Assembly (NCBI GenBank): GCA_943353165.1
Contig: CALRAM010000002.1
Location: 1,716 to 65,715, forward strand
DNA length: 64,000 bases
Source of the DNA: an uncultured Candidatus Saccharimonas sp.
Lineage (GTDB): Bacteria; Patescibacteriota; Saccharimonadia; Saccharimonadales; OMJO01
Direction: 5' to 3'
The notes below the pieces were generated by a model. That model worked only from the letters and a program-made list of their open reading frames with translations. It was not told where the DNA came from and did no database searches. Shown one piece after another: positions 24,803-34,522 of this stretch; position 1 is the first letter of the stretch; each line of letters begins with the position of its first letter. The position numbers and the translations under genes were made by a program.

Positions 24803-25528
24803 CTATACGACTGCAACCGGTTCAACGGCAGGTGGGCTGGAAGTTTTGATATTTTGGTAAAGCACTATAAGAGCAGCTTGGTACATAAACAATAGATATA
24901 TCGCAAACGGTATACCAATAATTGTGATAACGGGCAAGGATATAACAATATAAACACCGATTATTTCCCATACTTTGCCAACATTCCCTTTTGTGGCCTT
25001 CCAGCTGGCACTGATGGCGTCTAGGCAGTTCATTTTTTGGTCAATCAAGTAGTACAAGGTCAAAGCTAGACGGGGTCCCCAAAACAGAACAGGAATAAAT
25101 AGTAGAAACGCGCTTGCAATCAAAAACGCGCCAACAATAATATTGCAGAATGTATAATTTATTAAAAGTTTTGGTGAAAGGGTAGACTTTACGGCATCAG
25201 TTAGCTTGATCTTTTTGCCCTGAGTGGCGTTCAATAACAAAACAACTGTGATGATGGCAACTAAAATGGACGCGATATTTAGTATTATCACGTTGCCTAG
25301 TGGAAGTGTTGCTTGATTAGCGGTGCCAATCTTTGAGCTATTAGAAATGACAGGGTAATATAAAAAGCTCGTTAACGCAGTAGAACTTAATAACAAAATT
25401 AATAGCGGTTTTATAGCTAGCATAACGGCACTCTTTGAGTACTTGAAAGCGCCAAAGGCTCCTGGCCATACGGTCTGACTGTTCATGATATTTTGTTTTT
25501 TGGTTTCGACAACGGCTGGATCTGACAT
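24803..25528 (-). CDS. Hypothetical integral membrane protein
   Basis: 241 aa with about 6 TM segments. Resembles DUF975-type membrane proteins only loosely. Confidence 0.5.
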   Translation of the reverse strand: MSDPAVVETKKQNIMNSQTVWPGAFGAFKYSKSAVMLAIKPLLILLLSSTALTSFLYYPVISNSSKIGTANQATLPLGNVIILNIASILVAIITVVLLLNATQGKKIKLTDAVKSTLSPKLLINYTFCNIIVGAFLIASAFLLFIPVLFWGPRLALTLYYLIDQKMNCLDAISASWKATKGNVGKVWEIIGVYIVISLPVITIIGIPFAIYLLFMYQAALIVLYQNIKTSSPPAVEPVAVV

Positions 25529-25645
25529 AGCAAAATTCCCTTGTTTAAATGTTATATCATAATCGTAGCATAGTTATGCAAATTACGATGTCGATAAAAA
25601 ACACCGAAAGAGTTACCCCTGTAATTTGGCTTTTTTTGTGCTACA

Positions 25646-26458
25646 ATGCCAGCAATGCAAAAAATACTTAGTGGCCGTGATCTAGCGGATTATATACAGG
25701 AACGCCAAGGCCGACAGGCTCGTGCTCTGATACAGTCAGGAGGCGTACAGCCAAAATTAGCCATCATCGTTACTACCAAAAACCCAACCATAGAGCTGTA
25801 TGTCAAACTAAAACAGCGCTATGGCAACGACATCTCTGTGGAGGTTGAAGTGCACCGTGTGCCTGTGTCCGAAGCGGCGGAGTTGATAGACAGTCTAAAC
25901 AACGACGACACCGTTCACGGAATTATAGTACAGCTACCTCTGAGCGATGTGTCGATGACCGACGAGATAGTAAACAAAGTAGCTCCAGCCAAAGATGTGG
26001 ATGCCTTGGGCAAAGACGCCATGTACGAACCCGCCACCCCTATGGCGATAATGTGGCTACTGGCAGGCTACAACATCAACCTAGTCGGCAAACACATACT
26101 ACTGATTGGCCGTGGAAAGCTGGTGGGGGCCCCGTTGCAAAAGCAGATGATTGCTTCGGGTTTAGATGTGGAAGTTGCCGACCGCAGCACTGACCTGGCC
26201 CAGCGTGCCCTAAAAGCCGACATCATCATCACCGCAACAGGCAATCCGGGTATATTGACTGCCGATATGATAAAAAGTGGTGCCGTAGTAGTAGATGCCG
26301 GAGTTGCCAGCGAAAGCGGCAAAACTGTCGGCGACCTGGCCGATGATGTTTATGACCGCGACGATTTAACTATGACGCCAAAAAAGGGCGGAGTAGGTCC
26401 GTTGACCGTCTGTGCACTATTCGAAAATGTGTTGCGGGCAGCTAGAGAAAAAATATGA
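25646..26458 (+). CDS. folD: Bifunctional methylenetetrahydrofolate dehydrogenase/cyclohydrolase
   Basis: 270 aa. GIIVQLPL, VLLIGRGKLVGAPL and KKGGVGPLTV motifs. Confidence 0.9.
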   Translation: MPAMQKILSGRDLADYIQERQGRQARALIQSGGVQPKLAIIVTTKNPTIELYVKLKQRYGNDISVEVEVHRVPVSEAAELIDSLNNDDTVHGIIVQLPLSDVSMTDEIVNKVAPAKDVDALGKDAMYEPATPMAIMWLLAGYNINLVGKHILLIGRGKLVGAPLQKQMIASGLDVEVADRSTDLAQRALKADIIITATGNPGILTADMIKSGAVVVDAGVASESGKTVGDLADDVYDRDDLTMTPKKGGVGPLTVCALFENVLRAAREKI

Positions 26459-27102
26459 AAATAGGTGTTTTTGACAGCGGTGTCGGTGGTTTGTCGGTAG
26501 CCAAGGCCATAGAGTTGGCTCTGCCAAATGATCAGGTGGTATTGCGCGAAGATAGCGAAAACTTGCCATACGGCAACAAAACTCCGCAGCAGTTGTACGA
26601 CCTGGTTTTGCCGTTACTAAAAAGTTTGGTGGACGAAGGCTGTCAGGTAATTGTAGTCGCCTGCAACACAGTTACGACCACAATTATCGGACAATTGCGC
26701 CAGACTCTGACCGTTCCGCTGGTCGGCATAGAACCTATGATCAAACCAGCGGCTTTGCAAACAAAATCGGGCATTATAGCTGTTTGCGCTACGCCCACAA
26801 CACTAGGCAGTCAGCGCTACAAATGGCTAAAAAATGAGTATGCCACAGGTGTGCAGGTATTGGAGCCAGACTGTAGCGATTGGTCCACTATGATAGAGAA
26901 CAACCAGATCAATCACGGCAAAATAGCTGAACGAATCGAATCGGTTTGTCAAAAGGGTGCCGATGTCATAGTCCTGGCCTGCACTCATTACCACTGGATT
27001 CAGGACACCATAGACACTATTGCGGGCGATAGAGCAGTAGTTATTCAGCCAGAGGACGCCATAATAGCGCAACTAAAACGCGTAATAGCACAGATAGTTT
27101 AG
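26455..27102 (+). CDS. murI: Glutamate racemase (short form)
   Basis: GVFDSGVGGLSV, VVACNT and LACTHY motifs containing the two catalytic Cys. Overlaps folD by 4 nt. Confidence 0.85.
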   Translation: MKIGVFDSGVGGLSVAKAIELALPNDQVVLREDSENLPYGNKTPQQLYDLVLPLLKSLVDEGCQVIVVACNTVTTTIIGQLRQTLTVPLVGIEPMIKPAALQTKSGIIAVCATPTTLGSQRYKWLKNEYATGVQVLEPDCSDWSTMIENNQINHGKIAERIESVCQKGADVIVLACTHYHWIQDTIDTIAGDRAVVIQPEDAIIAQLKRVIAQIV

Positions 27103-27109
27103 GTTAGGT

Positions 27110-27484
27110 TTATGTTTTGGACAGTTCGGCTTTGACTATTTCGGCGACTTGGCGCGGAGTCAGTTCGGCTTTGACTATGTAGCGTAAAATATCCAATGAT
27201 TTTAGTATTTCTGGTGCTTCTTCGGCGCCTTTGTTTGTCAGGATTATTACTTTAAAGTTTTTTCCCCAACTAGTCTGGCGCATTTTGGACAGCATTTGAT
27301 CGCCAGTCATCTCTGGCATCATCAGGTCCAGTAGCACAATATCGGGCATCATTTTTTCTACTAAAGCCAATCCGATTAGGCCATTATCTGCAGTTTCTAC
27401 TATGAATCCTTCTAGCTCAAACTTTATACGATACATCTGGCTGATAGACATATCGTCTTCTATGATTGCGATTTTGTAGGTCAT
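27110..27484 (-). CDS. Stand-alone response-regulator receiver domain
   Basis: IAIIEDD, VLLDLMMPEMTG, ILTNKG and VKA motifs (CheY-like). No output domain. The ATG at 27484 gives MTYKIAII. Confidence 0.85.
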   Translation of the reverse strand: MTYKIAIIEDDMSISQMYRIKFELEGFIVETADNGLIGLALVEKMMPDIVLLDLMMPEMTGDQMLSKMRQTSWGKNFKVIILTNKGAEEAPEILKSLDILRYIVKAELTPRQVAEIVKAELSKT

Positions 27485-27591
27485 ATTATTTCTAGCATAG
27501 CACAAACACTTTCAGCAGGTGTTGAATGAATGACTATACTGGGTCCTTTCTATCCTAGGTTTAGGATTGTGGCAGTTTATTTTTATGAGAA

Positions 27592-28518
27592 TTAGGCCAA
27601 CTGACTGGATTTTTTGTATTTTCTACTCCTCTCTATGCGCTTACTTACGAAACGAGGGACTTCTAATCCCAAAGCAAGTGACATCCAAACCAAGGGGTTA
27701 CCGGCATAATCAAGTATAGCTCCCGCGTTTTGATGGTTTTGGCTCAGAACAATTTCTGACAACCCGTACCCAAGCCCAGCTCCTACTAGCGCACATTTAC
27801 CAGATAGAGCAGCAGCTTTTCGTAACAGTTCATTACGTCTGACATCTGGGTTTTGTATTTTTTCGGCGACGATAAACGGGGTTACGCCTAGGCTAAAAAA
27901 AGTCGAATAAGCTTCTCTGATGTGCGAATACCATCTACGGTTTTTCGCTGTCCCTATATCCTCTGCATAGCCCAGCATTTTTGGGTAGTGCTGATTTAAT
28001 CTTTCGACGGTTTCGGGTGATTTGTCCATCGCTTCTGCCCATGTACTGCCGATAAAACCTTGCATAGCAAATACCATACCAAATGCGGCCACTGCAGTTT
28101 TTGGTGGGCTATTTGTTTGGTTGAACACGTTGACTACCATAGGCGCAATAAGTACTTCTGAAAGTTTTAGTCTCTCGGCTGCCTGGCCAGTAATAGCGCC
28201 TATTTGCGCTATTCTGCCGACAGTATTATTGTTTTGCCAGTCTATTCTAAAGCCAGTGGCAACGGCTCCGAGTTTCTGGTGCCAAAGCATATTGTTTTCG
28301 GTAGACTGCAAATTTTCTGGGACAGTATCATTTATGTTTGCAGGTTCTAGGGATTCGGGGTTTGTAGAGTATTTTTCTATTTCCATAGGATTGTAAGTTT
28401 TATAAAAAAAACGAGCAACCCAGCTAGATGTATTTTTATCTAGAAGATTACTCGTTATGTTTACTAATGTACTAATAATTAGTTTGGAGTCAATTACCAA
28501 AAAAGTCAATACCAACAC
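27592..28518 (-). CDS. Hypothetical membrane-associated protein
   Basis: 308-aa ORF (alternative start at ATG 28386, MEIEKY). Contains hydrophobic Gly/Ala-rich segments. Sandwiched between the two receiver genes. Confidence 0.45.
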   Translation of the reverse strand: MLVLTFLVIDSKLIISTLVNITSNLLDKNTSSWVARFFYKTYNPMEIEKYSTNPESLEPANINDTVPENLQSTENNMLWHQKLGAVATGFRIDWQNNNTVGRIAQIGAITGQAAERLKLSEVLIAPMVVNVFNQTNSPPKTAVAAFGMVFAMQGFIGSTWAEAMDKSPETVERLNQHYPKMLGYAEDIGTAKNRRWYSHIREAYSTFFSLGVTPFIVAEKIQNPDVRRNELLRKAAALSGKCALVGAGLGYGLSEIVLSQNHQNAGAILDYAGNPLVWMSLALGLEVPRFVSKRIERSRKYKKSSQLA

Positions 28519-28547
28519 ACTCTATAACAGAAAGTATCGGGGGCTTT

Positions 28548-28925
28548 CTAGTCCAGGATTTCTGTAATTATTTCGTATAATTGTCTGGGCGTGTGGTGTG
28601 CCTTTACAATGTAGCGGTCCACTCCCAGCAGTCGTAGTTCTGTGGGAGCTTCGTGTTTACTAATGTTTGTCAGTATGATTATACGGATATTGGCCGCCCA
28701 CTCGTATTTACGAAGTTCTTGGAGCATTTCCAACCCACCCATTATGGGCATCCGCAAATCCAACAATACTAGGTCGGGACGCTCTTTTGATATAATTTCC
28801 AATCCTAGCAGACCGTTATCGGCTGTGCTGACAACAAAACCTTCGAGGCTAAGTTTGGTAGCGTACATTTGTTGTATAGCGGAGTCGTCTTCTACGATAG
28901 AAATTTTCTTCTTGGTTTTTTTCAT
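28548..28925 (-). CDS. Stand-alone response-regulator receiver domain
   Basis: ISIVEDD, VLLDLRMPIMGG, ILTN and VKA motifs. No output domain. Confidence 0.85.
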   Translation of the reverse strand: MKKTKKKISIVEDDSAIQQMYATKLSLEGFVVSTADNGLLGLEIISKERPDLVLLDLRMPIMGGLEMLQELRKYEWAANIRIIILTNISKHEAPTELRLLGVDRYIVKAHHTPRQLYEIITEILD

Positions 28926-29080
28926 AGGCTATTTACTTTTGACGATACACCCTTTTTGGCGTAGTATCAATACGTATCATAGTTTCAAAGATACGTACTT
29001 TATACAAATAAACGGGAACGAATTTAGCTAATAAATTTGGCTTTTTTCGCTCCCGTTTTTGTAATAAAAAGGATAATTAA

Positions 29081-29953
29081 ATGACCCCGACAGAACCTAT
29101 AAATCCAGAAATATATAATTTAGCGCACCAGTCGTACGAGTCCAACATACGCTACGATTTGAGCAAAAAAGAACTTTATTTATTAGAAATCCAGTTGGGC
29201 ATGGATGTGCAAGATAGTTTCTTGCAAGACCACGCCAACGTGGTAGTAGTAGATTCGCAAAGCCATTATGCAAATATTGGTCGAATGCACGAAATTATAG
29301 ACGGAGGGTTTTCTGATTATGATAATGAGATGCAGGATTACGAACACAACTCCGTTTTTTTGTATGTACTGAACCCTGACAACGAAATATTTGGACATAA
29401 CAACGAGCTAGATGATAAAAACCAGCCATTGGTGGCGCATGTATTTAGGATTACAAAACCCAACGAAATACACCAATCAAAGGGTGAAACAGGTATATTT
29501 ACAATAGATGATTTGGTTAGGTTGGGCTACATAGATCAACAGTCCGCGCTGGGCTATTACAATTTGGTTGGAGCTGAGGGTTTGAGCAAAGCTTTTAGCG
29601 TGGATTCTAATCTAGAGATAAAAGAGGCGAAACCAACGCTGGACAAACCTTATTCGTTTTGGGGATACAAAGCCATAAACCAGTACGGAATAGACAATGG
29701 CTTTTTCTATGCATTTGCCTATCTCAATCCTTCTGCCATAAAATCACTGCAAAATTCTGGGCTAGACCTTTATCCATTCATGGAACGCGAAGATATTGTT
29801 CTAGAAGACACCGATCACGGTGGATCTTATGTTCCTGTAGTTCTGGCTGCAACAGAGTCCACGATAAAAACTTTTAACGACCCAAGTTTTGCCAAAAATG
29901 AGTTGATTTCCCATTTTGCAAAGACCCCGTTGAATATCATTTACACAAAATAA
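29081..29953 (+). CDS. Hypothetical protein
   Basis: 290-aa ORF preceded by AAAGGA. No family recognised. Confidence 0.5.
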   Translation: MTPTEPINPEIYNLAHQSYESNIRYDLSKKELYLLEIQLGMDVQDSFLQDHANVVVVDSQSHYANIGRMHEIIDGGFSDYDNEMQDYEHNSVFLYVLNPDNEIFGHNNELDDKNQPLVAHVFRITKPNEIHQSKGETGIFTIDDLVRLGYIDQQSALGYYNLVGAEGLSKAFSVDSNLEIKEAKPTLDKPYSFWGYKAINQYGIDNGFFYAFAYLNPSAIKSLQNSGLDLYPFMEREDIVLEDTDHGGSYVPVVLAATESTIKTFNDPSFAKNELISHFAKTPLNIIYTK

Positions 29954-30003
29954 CACTTTTTTGAAATAGTGTATAAAGCCTTTTGTGCTTATAATAAAAA
30001 GCA

Positions 30004-32211
30004 ATGATCATACTACTATTACTCGGCGTGGCTATACTTCAGTTATTTTTGAGTTTTGTCATATTATACGAAAATCGTAGATCTAGGCAAAAGCAAGGGC
30101 AGATTTATCTGGCGTTTTTTTGTCTGACAGTATTGCTTTGGAATATGGCAAATATGGTTTTGGTAGACGATAGCGCTGTAAGCCTCAACAATATTTACCT
30201 CTACAATATAGCAAATCAATTTGGGTTTATTTTTGGGTCAATTGGGTTGCTAGTGGTGTATTTATTTACTCTAAAATACCCTAGAAACAAAAAGAAAACT
30301 ACAACAAATAGGGTGGTAATATCTTTAGGCTTGGTGTTTTGTGCTTGTTCGGCTCTGCCATTCATATCGGGTAGCTACCAGAGTACAAGCAGTGGAATAA
30401 AGTATATAGCCGGCTCTTTCTCTATTTCTTTTTTGGTTTATAGCTTTTTGCTGTTGGTTGCAGCTGTAGACAACGTAGTTTCGGTGCTTAGATTAGATAG
30501 AGCAGACGCCCGATTGGTCATGCAAGCCAAAGCATTGCTTTTCGGAATGGTAGTAATGTTTGTTCAGGGTGTGTTCTTTATAATTGTTATCCCGGCTATT
30601 ATTTCTGCACGCGGCTATCCTGTGGAAACAGCAAATACCAGCTACTTGATTGGCTATATGGCGCCTTATTGGTTTATCGGGGCAGCCTTGTACAGTATTT
30701 TTAAGCAGCAGTTATTCGATATAAAGGCAGTTGTTTTAAATTTTGTGGCTTCTGCTATCTCTCTGACGCTTGTTGCGTCATTTTTTTCTGTACTGGGATT
30801 GTACCTAGCATCTAATATTTTTGACCTAAAAATTACTACCAGTCAGGCATTTTTATTAGTCCTAGTTACGATCATAACAACTCTATTCTTTCAGCTGACA
30901 AAAAAGTATGTAGAAATGGCAACCGTAAGGCTTTTTTATCAGGATAAATACGACACACGGGCAGTACTAAATCAGTTTAGCGGGATAGTTGTCAAAAATC
31001 TGGACTTACAGTTACTAATGGAAAAATCTTTAGAGGCGATTACCCGTATTTTTAAATCAGAGACAACTACTGCATATATATATGAAAACAATGATTACCA
31101 GGGCAAAAAAATTGGCCTAGAAAAAATTGGCCTAGAAAAATTACAATTCATGCGTAATTTAGCATCAAAAATTGGCCCAGATATTAATGTTATCGCGTCA
31201 GACGGACTGGAAAATACTTCAGATTGGAAGGTTCTAAAATCGGTCGGAGTAGATGTTATAGTGCTGCTAAAGTCTACAAATGAGTGCATAGGTTTAGTTT
31301 TTTTGGGAACAAAAAAAGGTGGAGGGGGGTATAACAAACAGGACCTTGCCATGCTGACTATCATGGGCAATGAATTGTCTGTAGGTCTTCAGAATTCTAT
31401 AAGGTTCGATGAAATACGAAAGTTCGCAGATACTTTGCAGCAAAAGGTAGATATAGCAACCAGAGATCTGAACAAAGCAAACCTTGCCCTAAAGGCTCTG
31501 GACGAGACAAAGGACGAGTTTGTCAGCATGGCATCGCACCAGTTGCGGACCCCACTGACCAGCATGAAGGGCTATGTCAGCATGGTGTTGGACGGCGATG
31601 CAGGAAAGATAACAGCTCCTCAGAAAAAACTTTTGGAACAAGCATTTATCAGTAGTCAGCGGATGGTGTATCTGATAGCCGACCTACTGAATGTTTCTAG
31701 GTTAAAAACAGGCAAATTTATCATAGAAACTAGTCCCACTGATTTGGCAAAGCTGACCCAGGAGGAAATTGGCCAGCTGTCAGAAACCGCAAAGGGACGA
31801 AAACTGACGCTGACATACGACCAGCCCAAAAACTTTCCACTGCTAATGCTGGACGAGACAAAGACTCGGCAGGTTCTGATGAATTTCATAGACAACGCTA
31901 TTTATTACACACTGGCTGGAGGACACGTTCATGTGCACCTAGAGGAAAAAGGCCAAACTGTTGAATGTAGGGTAGAGGACAACGGTCTAGGCGTACCAAA
32001 AGCAGATCAGCATCTATTGTTTACCAAGTTTTATAGGGCCGGCAATGCCAAAAAAGCACGTCCAGATGGCACAGGTCTGGGGCTATTTATGGCCAAAAAA
32101 GTTATAGCAGCCCAAGGTGGCGCCATAATATTCAGTAGTACAGAAGGAAAAGGCAGTGTCTTTGGCTTTAGCTTTGCTAAAGACAAACTCAAAATCCCCG
32201 CCCCCAAGTAG
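30004..32211 (+). CDS. Multi-TM sensor histidine kinase
   Basis: About 8 N-terminal TM helices and a GAF-like middle region. H-box SHQLRTPLTSMKGY, plus N/G boxes NFIDNAIYY, DNGLGVP and GTGLGL. Confidence 0.9.
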   Translation: MIILLLLGVAILQLFLSFVILYENRRSRQKQGQIYLAFFCLTVLLWNMANMVLVDDSAVSLNNIYLYNIANQFGFIFGSIGLLVVYLFTLKYPRNKKKTTTNRVVISLGLVFCACSALPFISGSYQSTSSGIKYIAGSFSISFLVYSFLLLVAAVDNVVSVLRLDRADARLVMQAKALLFGMVVMFVQGVFFIIVIPAIISARGYPVETANTSYLIGYMAPYWFIGAALYSIFKQQLFDIKAVVLNFVASAISLTLVASFFSVLGLYLASNIFDLKITTSQAFLLVLVTIITTLFFQLTKKYVEMATVRLFYQDKYDTRAVLNQFSGIVVKNLDLQLLMEKSLEAITRIFKSETTTAYIYENNDYQGKKIGLEKIGLEKLQFMRNLASKIGPDINVIASDGLENTSDWKVLKSVGVDVIVLLKSTNECIGLVFLGTKKGGGGYNKQDLAMLTIMGNELSVGLQNSIRFDEIRKFADTLQQKVDIATRDLNKANLALKALDETKDEFVSMASHQLRTPLTSMKGYVSMVLDGDAGKITAPQKKLLEQAFISSQRMVYLIADLLNVSRLKTGKFIIETSPTDLAKLTQEEIGQLSETAKGRKLTLTYDQPKNFPLLMLDETKTRQVLMNFIDNAIYYTLAGGHVHVHLEEKGQTVECRVEDNGLGVPKADQHLLFTKFYRAGNAKKARPDGTGLGLFMAKKVIAAQGGAIIFSSTEGKGSVFGFSFAKDKLKIPAPK

Positions 32212-32506
32212 CCCCCAATTCAAAACATTGGGTGCTGGGCAAGAATTGAAGCAGGTAATCTAGAGGACTGACCTCTAATCCTTGACCTCTAATCCCCCGA
32301 TTAATGTTATGTACGCTGTTTTCGTGCTTGAGTAGACAAGCTAGCGTTACCCGCTCTTGGCGGGTAAAATGGGCTTAGTGCATATGCGCCTCCTTAGTAT
32401 GATTTAGTTGTTACAAACCATATTGTACTGATGGAGAACGTATATGTCCCTTTATGATTCTGGTCTTAGGTGTCGCAGTTTATGGGTAGAATGGAGGGGA
32501 ATAAAA

Positions 32507-32535
32507 TTGACATTTAATGAATAATGTAATAAAAT
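32507..32535 (+). promoter_or_regulatory. Sigma70-like promoter for the SerRS-type operon
   Basis: TTGACA (32507-32512), 17-nt spacer, TAAAAT (32530-32535). It lies about 30 nt upstream of the GAGG SD and the ATG at 32567. Confidence 0.5.
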
Positions 32536-32566
32536 ATTATTATATAAAGATACGTTGAGGTATGTA

Positions 32567-33844
32567 ATGCATGATTTACGCGGGTTATTTGAAGTAGACG
32601 AAGCTCAGTTCGAGACACTGCAAGGTGAGTTTGCGAAACGTGGCGCAGAGCTGACTGTTGAAGATCAGGAAGACCACTTCGCTATTAGCGAGCTAAAGGC
32701 AGGTATCGAAGATACAAACTGGCGTAAAAACGTAATAAGTTTGTCATTTCAAGATGCAAGCAAAGAGGAGCGAGCTGAGTTGGTAAAGCAAGCCGCTCAA
32801 CTAGGCGAACGTAGACAAGAATTGACGGAGCTGCTGTCGACTCGACAAACCAGGTTCATGCATAGAATGATGTTGCTGCCAAACTTTTCGGCTAGTCATG
32901 TTCCACCAGGTGAAAGTGAGGAAGATAATGTTACTATTTCTGAACATCTCTTAGATCGAATTCATAATGGTCCTGATACACCGGATCATCTTGAAATCGG
33001 TACTAGGCTTGGTATTATTGACAACAAGCGCGCAGCAGTATTATCCGGCTCAAAATTTAGTTTACTGAGAGGTAATGGAGCGACCCTAAAAAGGGCGTTA
33101 CTCAACCTAATGCTTGATCGTGCCACTGAATTAGGATACGAAGAAACAGATGTGCCGTTCTTGGTCCGTCCTGAGATGATGCAGGGGACTGGACAGTTGC
33201 CTAAGTTTGAGGGCGATATGTTTCGGACTGAAAGCAATGAAGGCAATCCGCTGTACCTTATACCGACAACAGAGGTGCCTCTAACAAATATGCTCCGTGA
33301 CCATACCTTTACCGAAGACGAACTAAGCGTTAAGTTAACCGGCTCGTCAGAGAATTTTCGTCGTGAGGCAGGTAGGGCCGGAGCAGACACAAAGGGGCTG
33401 ATCCGAAACCATCAGTTTCCTAAAGTTGAATTAGTACGCATCGCACATCCAGATACATCATGGGATGACTATAGTGAAATGATCGAAGAATCTAGTGGAC
33501 TACTTGAGATGTTAGGTCTCCCATTCCGCACTATAGAACTATGCGACGGTGATCTAGGGATTGCCGCTCATTCTACGCGAGATTTAGAGGTGTGGCTGCC
33601 AAGTCGCAATGGCTGGCTTGAGGTTTCTAGCGTCAGTAACACTGGAGAGTTCCAGGCTCGTCGAATGGGCATGAAATACAAAGACGGACAAGGTAAACGA
33701 AGTTACGTACATACGTTAAATGGAACTTCAGTAGCGGTTGGCAGGACTATTGCCGCGATACTAGAAAATGGTCTACAAGCCGACGGCAGCGTTGAGATTC
33801 CCGAAGTTTTGCACGATTACACTAAATTTGACGTAATAGGATAA
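32567..33844 (+). CDS. Seryl-tRNA synthetase-type class II aaRS (full length, diverged)
   Basis: LIPTTEVPLTN, FRREAGRAGADTKGLIRNHQFPKVE (motif 2), GDLGIAAHSTRDLEVWLP, EFQARR and HTLNGTSVAVGRTIAAILEN (motif 3), plus an N-terminal coiled-coil arm. Several usually conserved residues differ (SENFRRE for SPCFRSE, SSVSNTGE for SSCSNCED). The track ORF starts at TTG 32555. Confidence 0.8.
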   Translation: MHDLRGLFEVDEAQFETLQGEFAKRGAELTVEDQEDHFAISELKAGIEDTNWRKNVISLSFQDASKEERAELVKQAAQLGERRQELTELLSTRQTRFMHRMMLLPNFSASHVPPGESEEDNVTISEHLLDRIHNGPDTPDHLEIGTRLGIIDNKRAAVLSGSKFSLLRGNGATLKRALLNLMLDRATELGYEETDVPFLVRPEMMQGTGQLPKFEGDMFRTESNEGNPLYLIPTTEVPLTNMLRDHTFTEDELSVKLTGSSENFRREAGRAGADTKGLIRNHQFPKVELVRIAHPDTSWDDYSEMIEESSGLLEMLGLPFRTIELCDGDLGIAAHSTRDLEVWLPSRNGWLEVSSVSNTGEFQARRMGMKYKDGQGKRSYVHTLNGTSVAVGRTIAAILENGLQADGSVEIPEVLHDYTKFDVIG

Positions 33845-33859
33845 ATTGAGCATAACGCT

Positions 33860-34522
33860 ATGGCAGAGATATTCATAGCAGGCGGTGGATCTAGCGAAGA
33901 GTCAAAAGATATTGATGTGTTGTTCCGATCAAGCGTTTTAGATCGTTCAGCGCAACCTTCATGTTTATATATTCCAAACGCAGCAGACACGGACGACTTT
34001 AGTCCCATGCGTAAATGGTTTAACGAAACATATCCGTTTTTTTCAGAAATCATCACACCGGAAGATTTCATAAAAAGTGATACGATAGATTCAATAAGCG
34101 ATACGATAGATTCAATATATATTGGAGGTGGTTATAATAGGACACTTATGAACTTTTTTGCTTCGAGGGGCATTGATGCATCTTTCTTTCTAAGATTCTT
34201 GTCAAAGGACGTTACGCTGTATGGTGGAAGCGCTGGGGCAGTTGTCCTTGGTGAATCGTTGTTGACAGGACGTGAAATTATGCGTGAACCTGAAAAGTAT
34301 AAGGATCTAGAAAAGACAGGGTTTAATATGTGTGGAGGTTATAGCTTTTGTCCACATTATGACGAAAGTAATCAATCAGCTATCCAGGCATTGGCACAAA
34401 AAGAGCAGTTGAATATTGTTCGACTTCATGACAGGGCAGGCTTGGTGTTTGACAATGGGAATATTATTAACACTGTTAATGTTAGACAGGAAGACATTGT
34501 TATGGGGAGGAAGAATGGCTAG
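33860..34522 (+). CDS. Peptidase S51 (PepE/cyanophycinase-like) family protein, paralog 1
   Basis: CLYIP, IYIGGGYN, LYGGSAGAVVLG (Ser nucleophile context) and CPHYD (His). Contains an in-frame 21-nt tandem duplication (DTIDSIS DTIDSI). Confidence 0.7.
   Translation: MAEIFIAGGGSSEESKDIDVLFRSSVLDRSAQPSCLYIPNAADTDDFSPMRKWFNETYPFFSEIITPEDFIKSDTIDSISDTIDSIYIGGGYNRTLMNFFASRGIDASFFLRFLSKDVTLYGGSAGAVVLGESLLTGREIMREPEKYKDLEKTGFNMCGGYSFCPHYDESNQSAIQALAQKEQLNIVRLHDRAGLVFDNGNIINTVNVRQEDIVMGRKNG

Noticed and set aside
23449-24849. Small ORFs (66-72 aa) overlapping the tRNA-Lys modules and the tRNA itself
   Set aside because: They read through the tRNA, the pseudo-tRNA and the repeat sequences. They have no SD and are best explained as chance ORFs.
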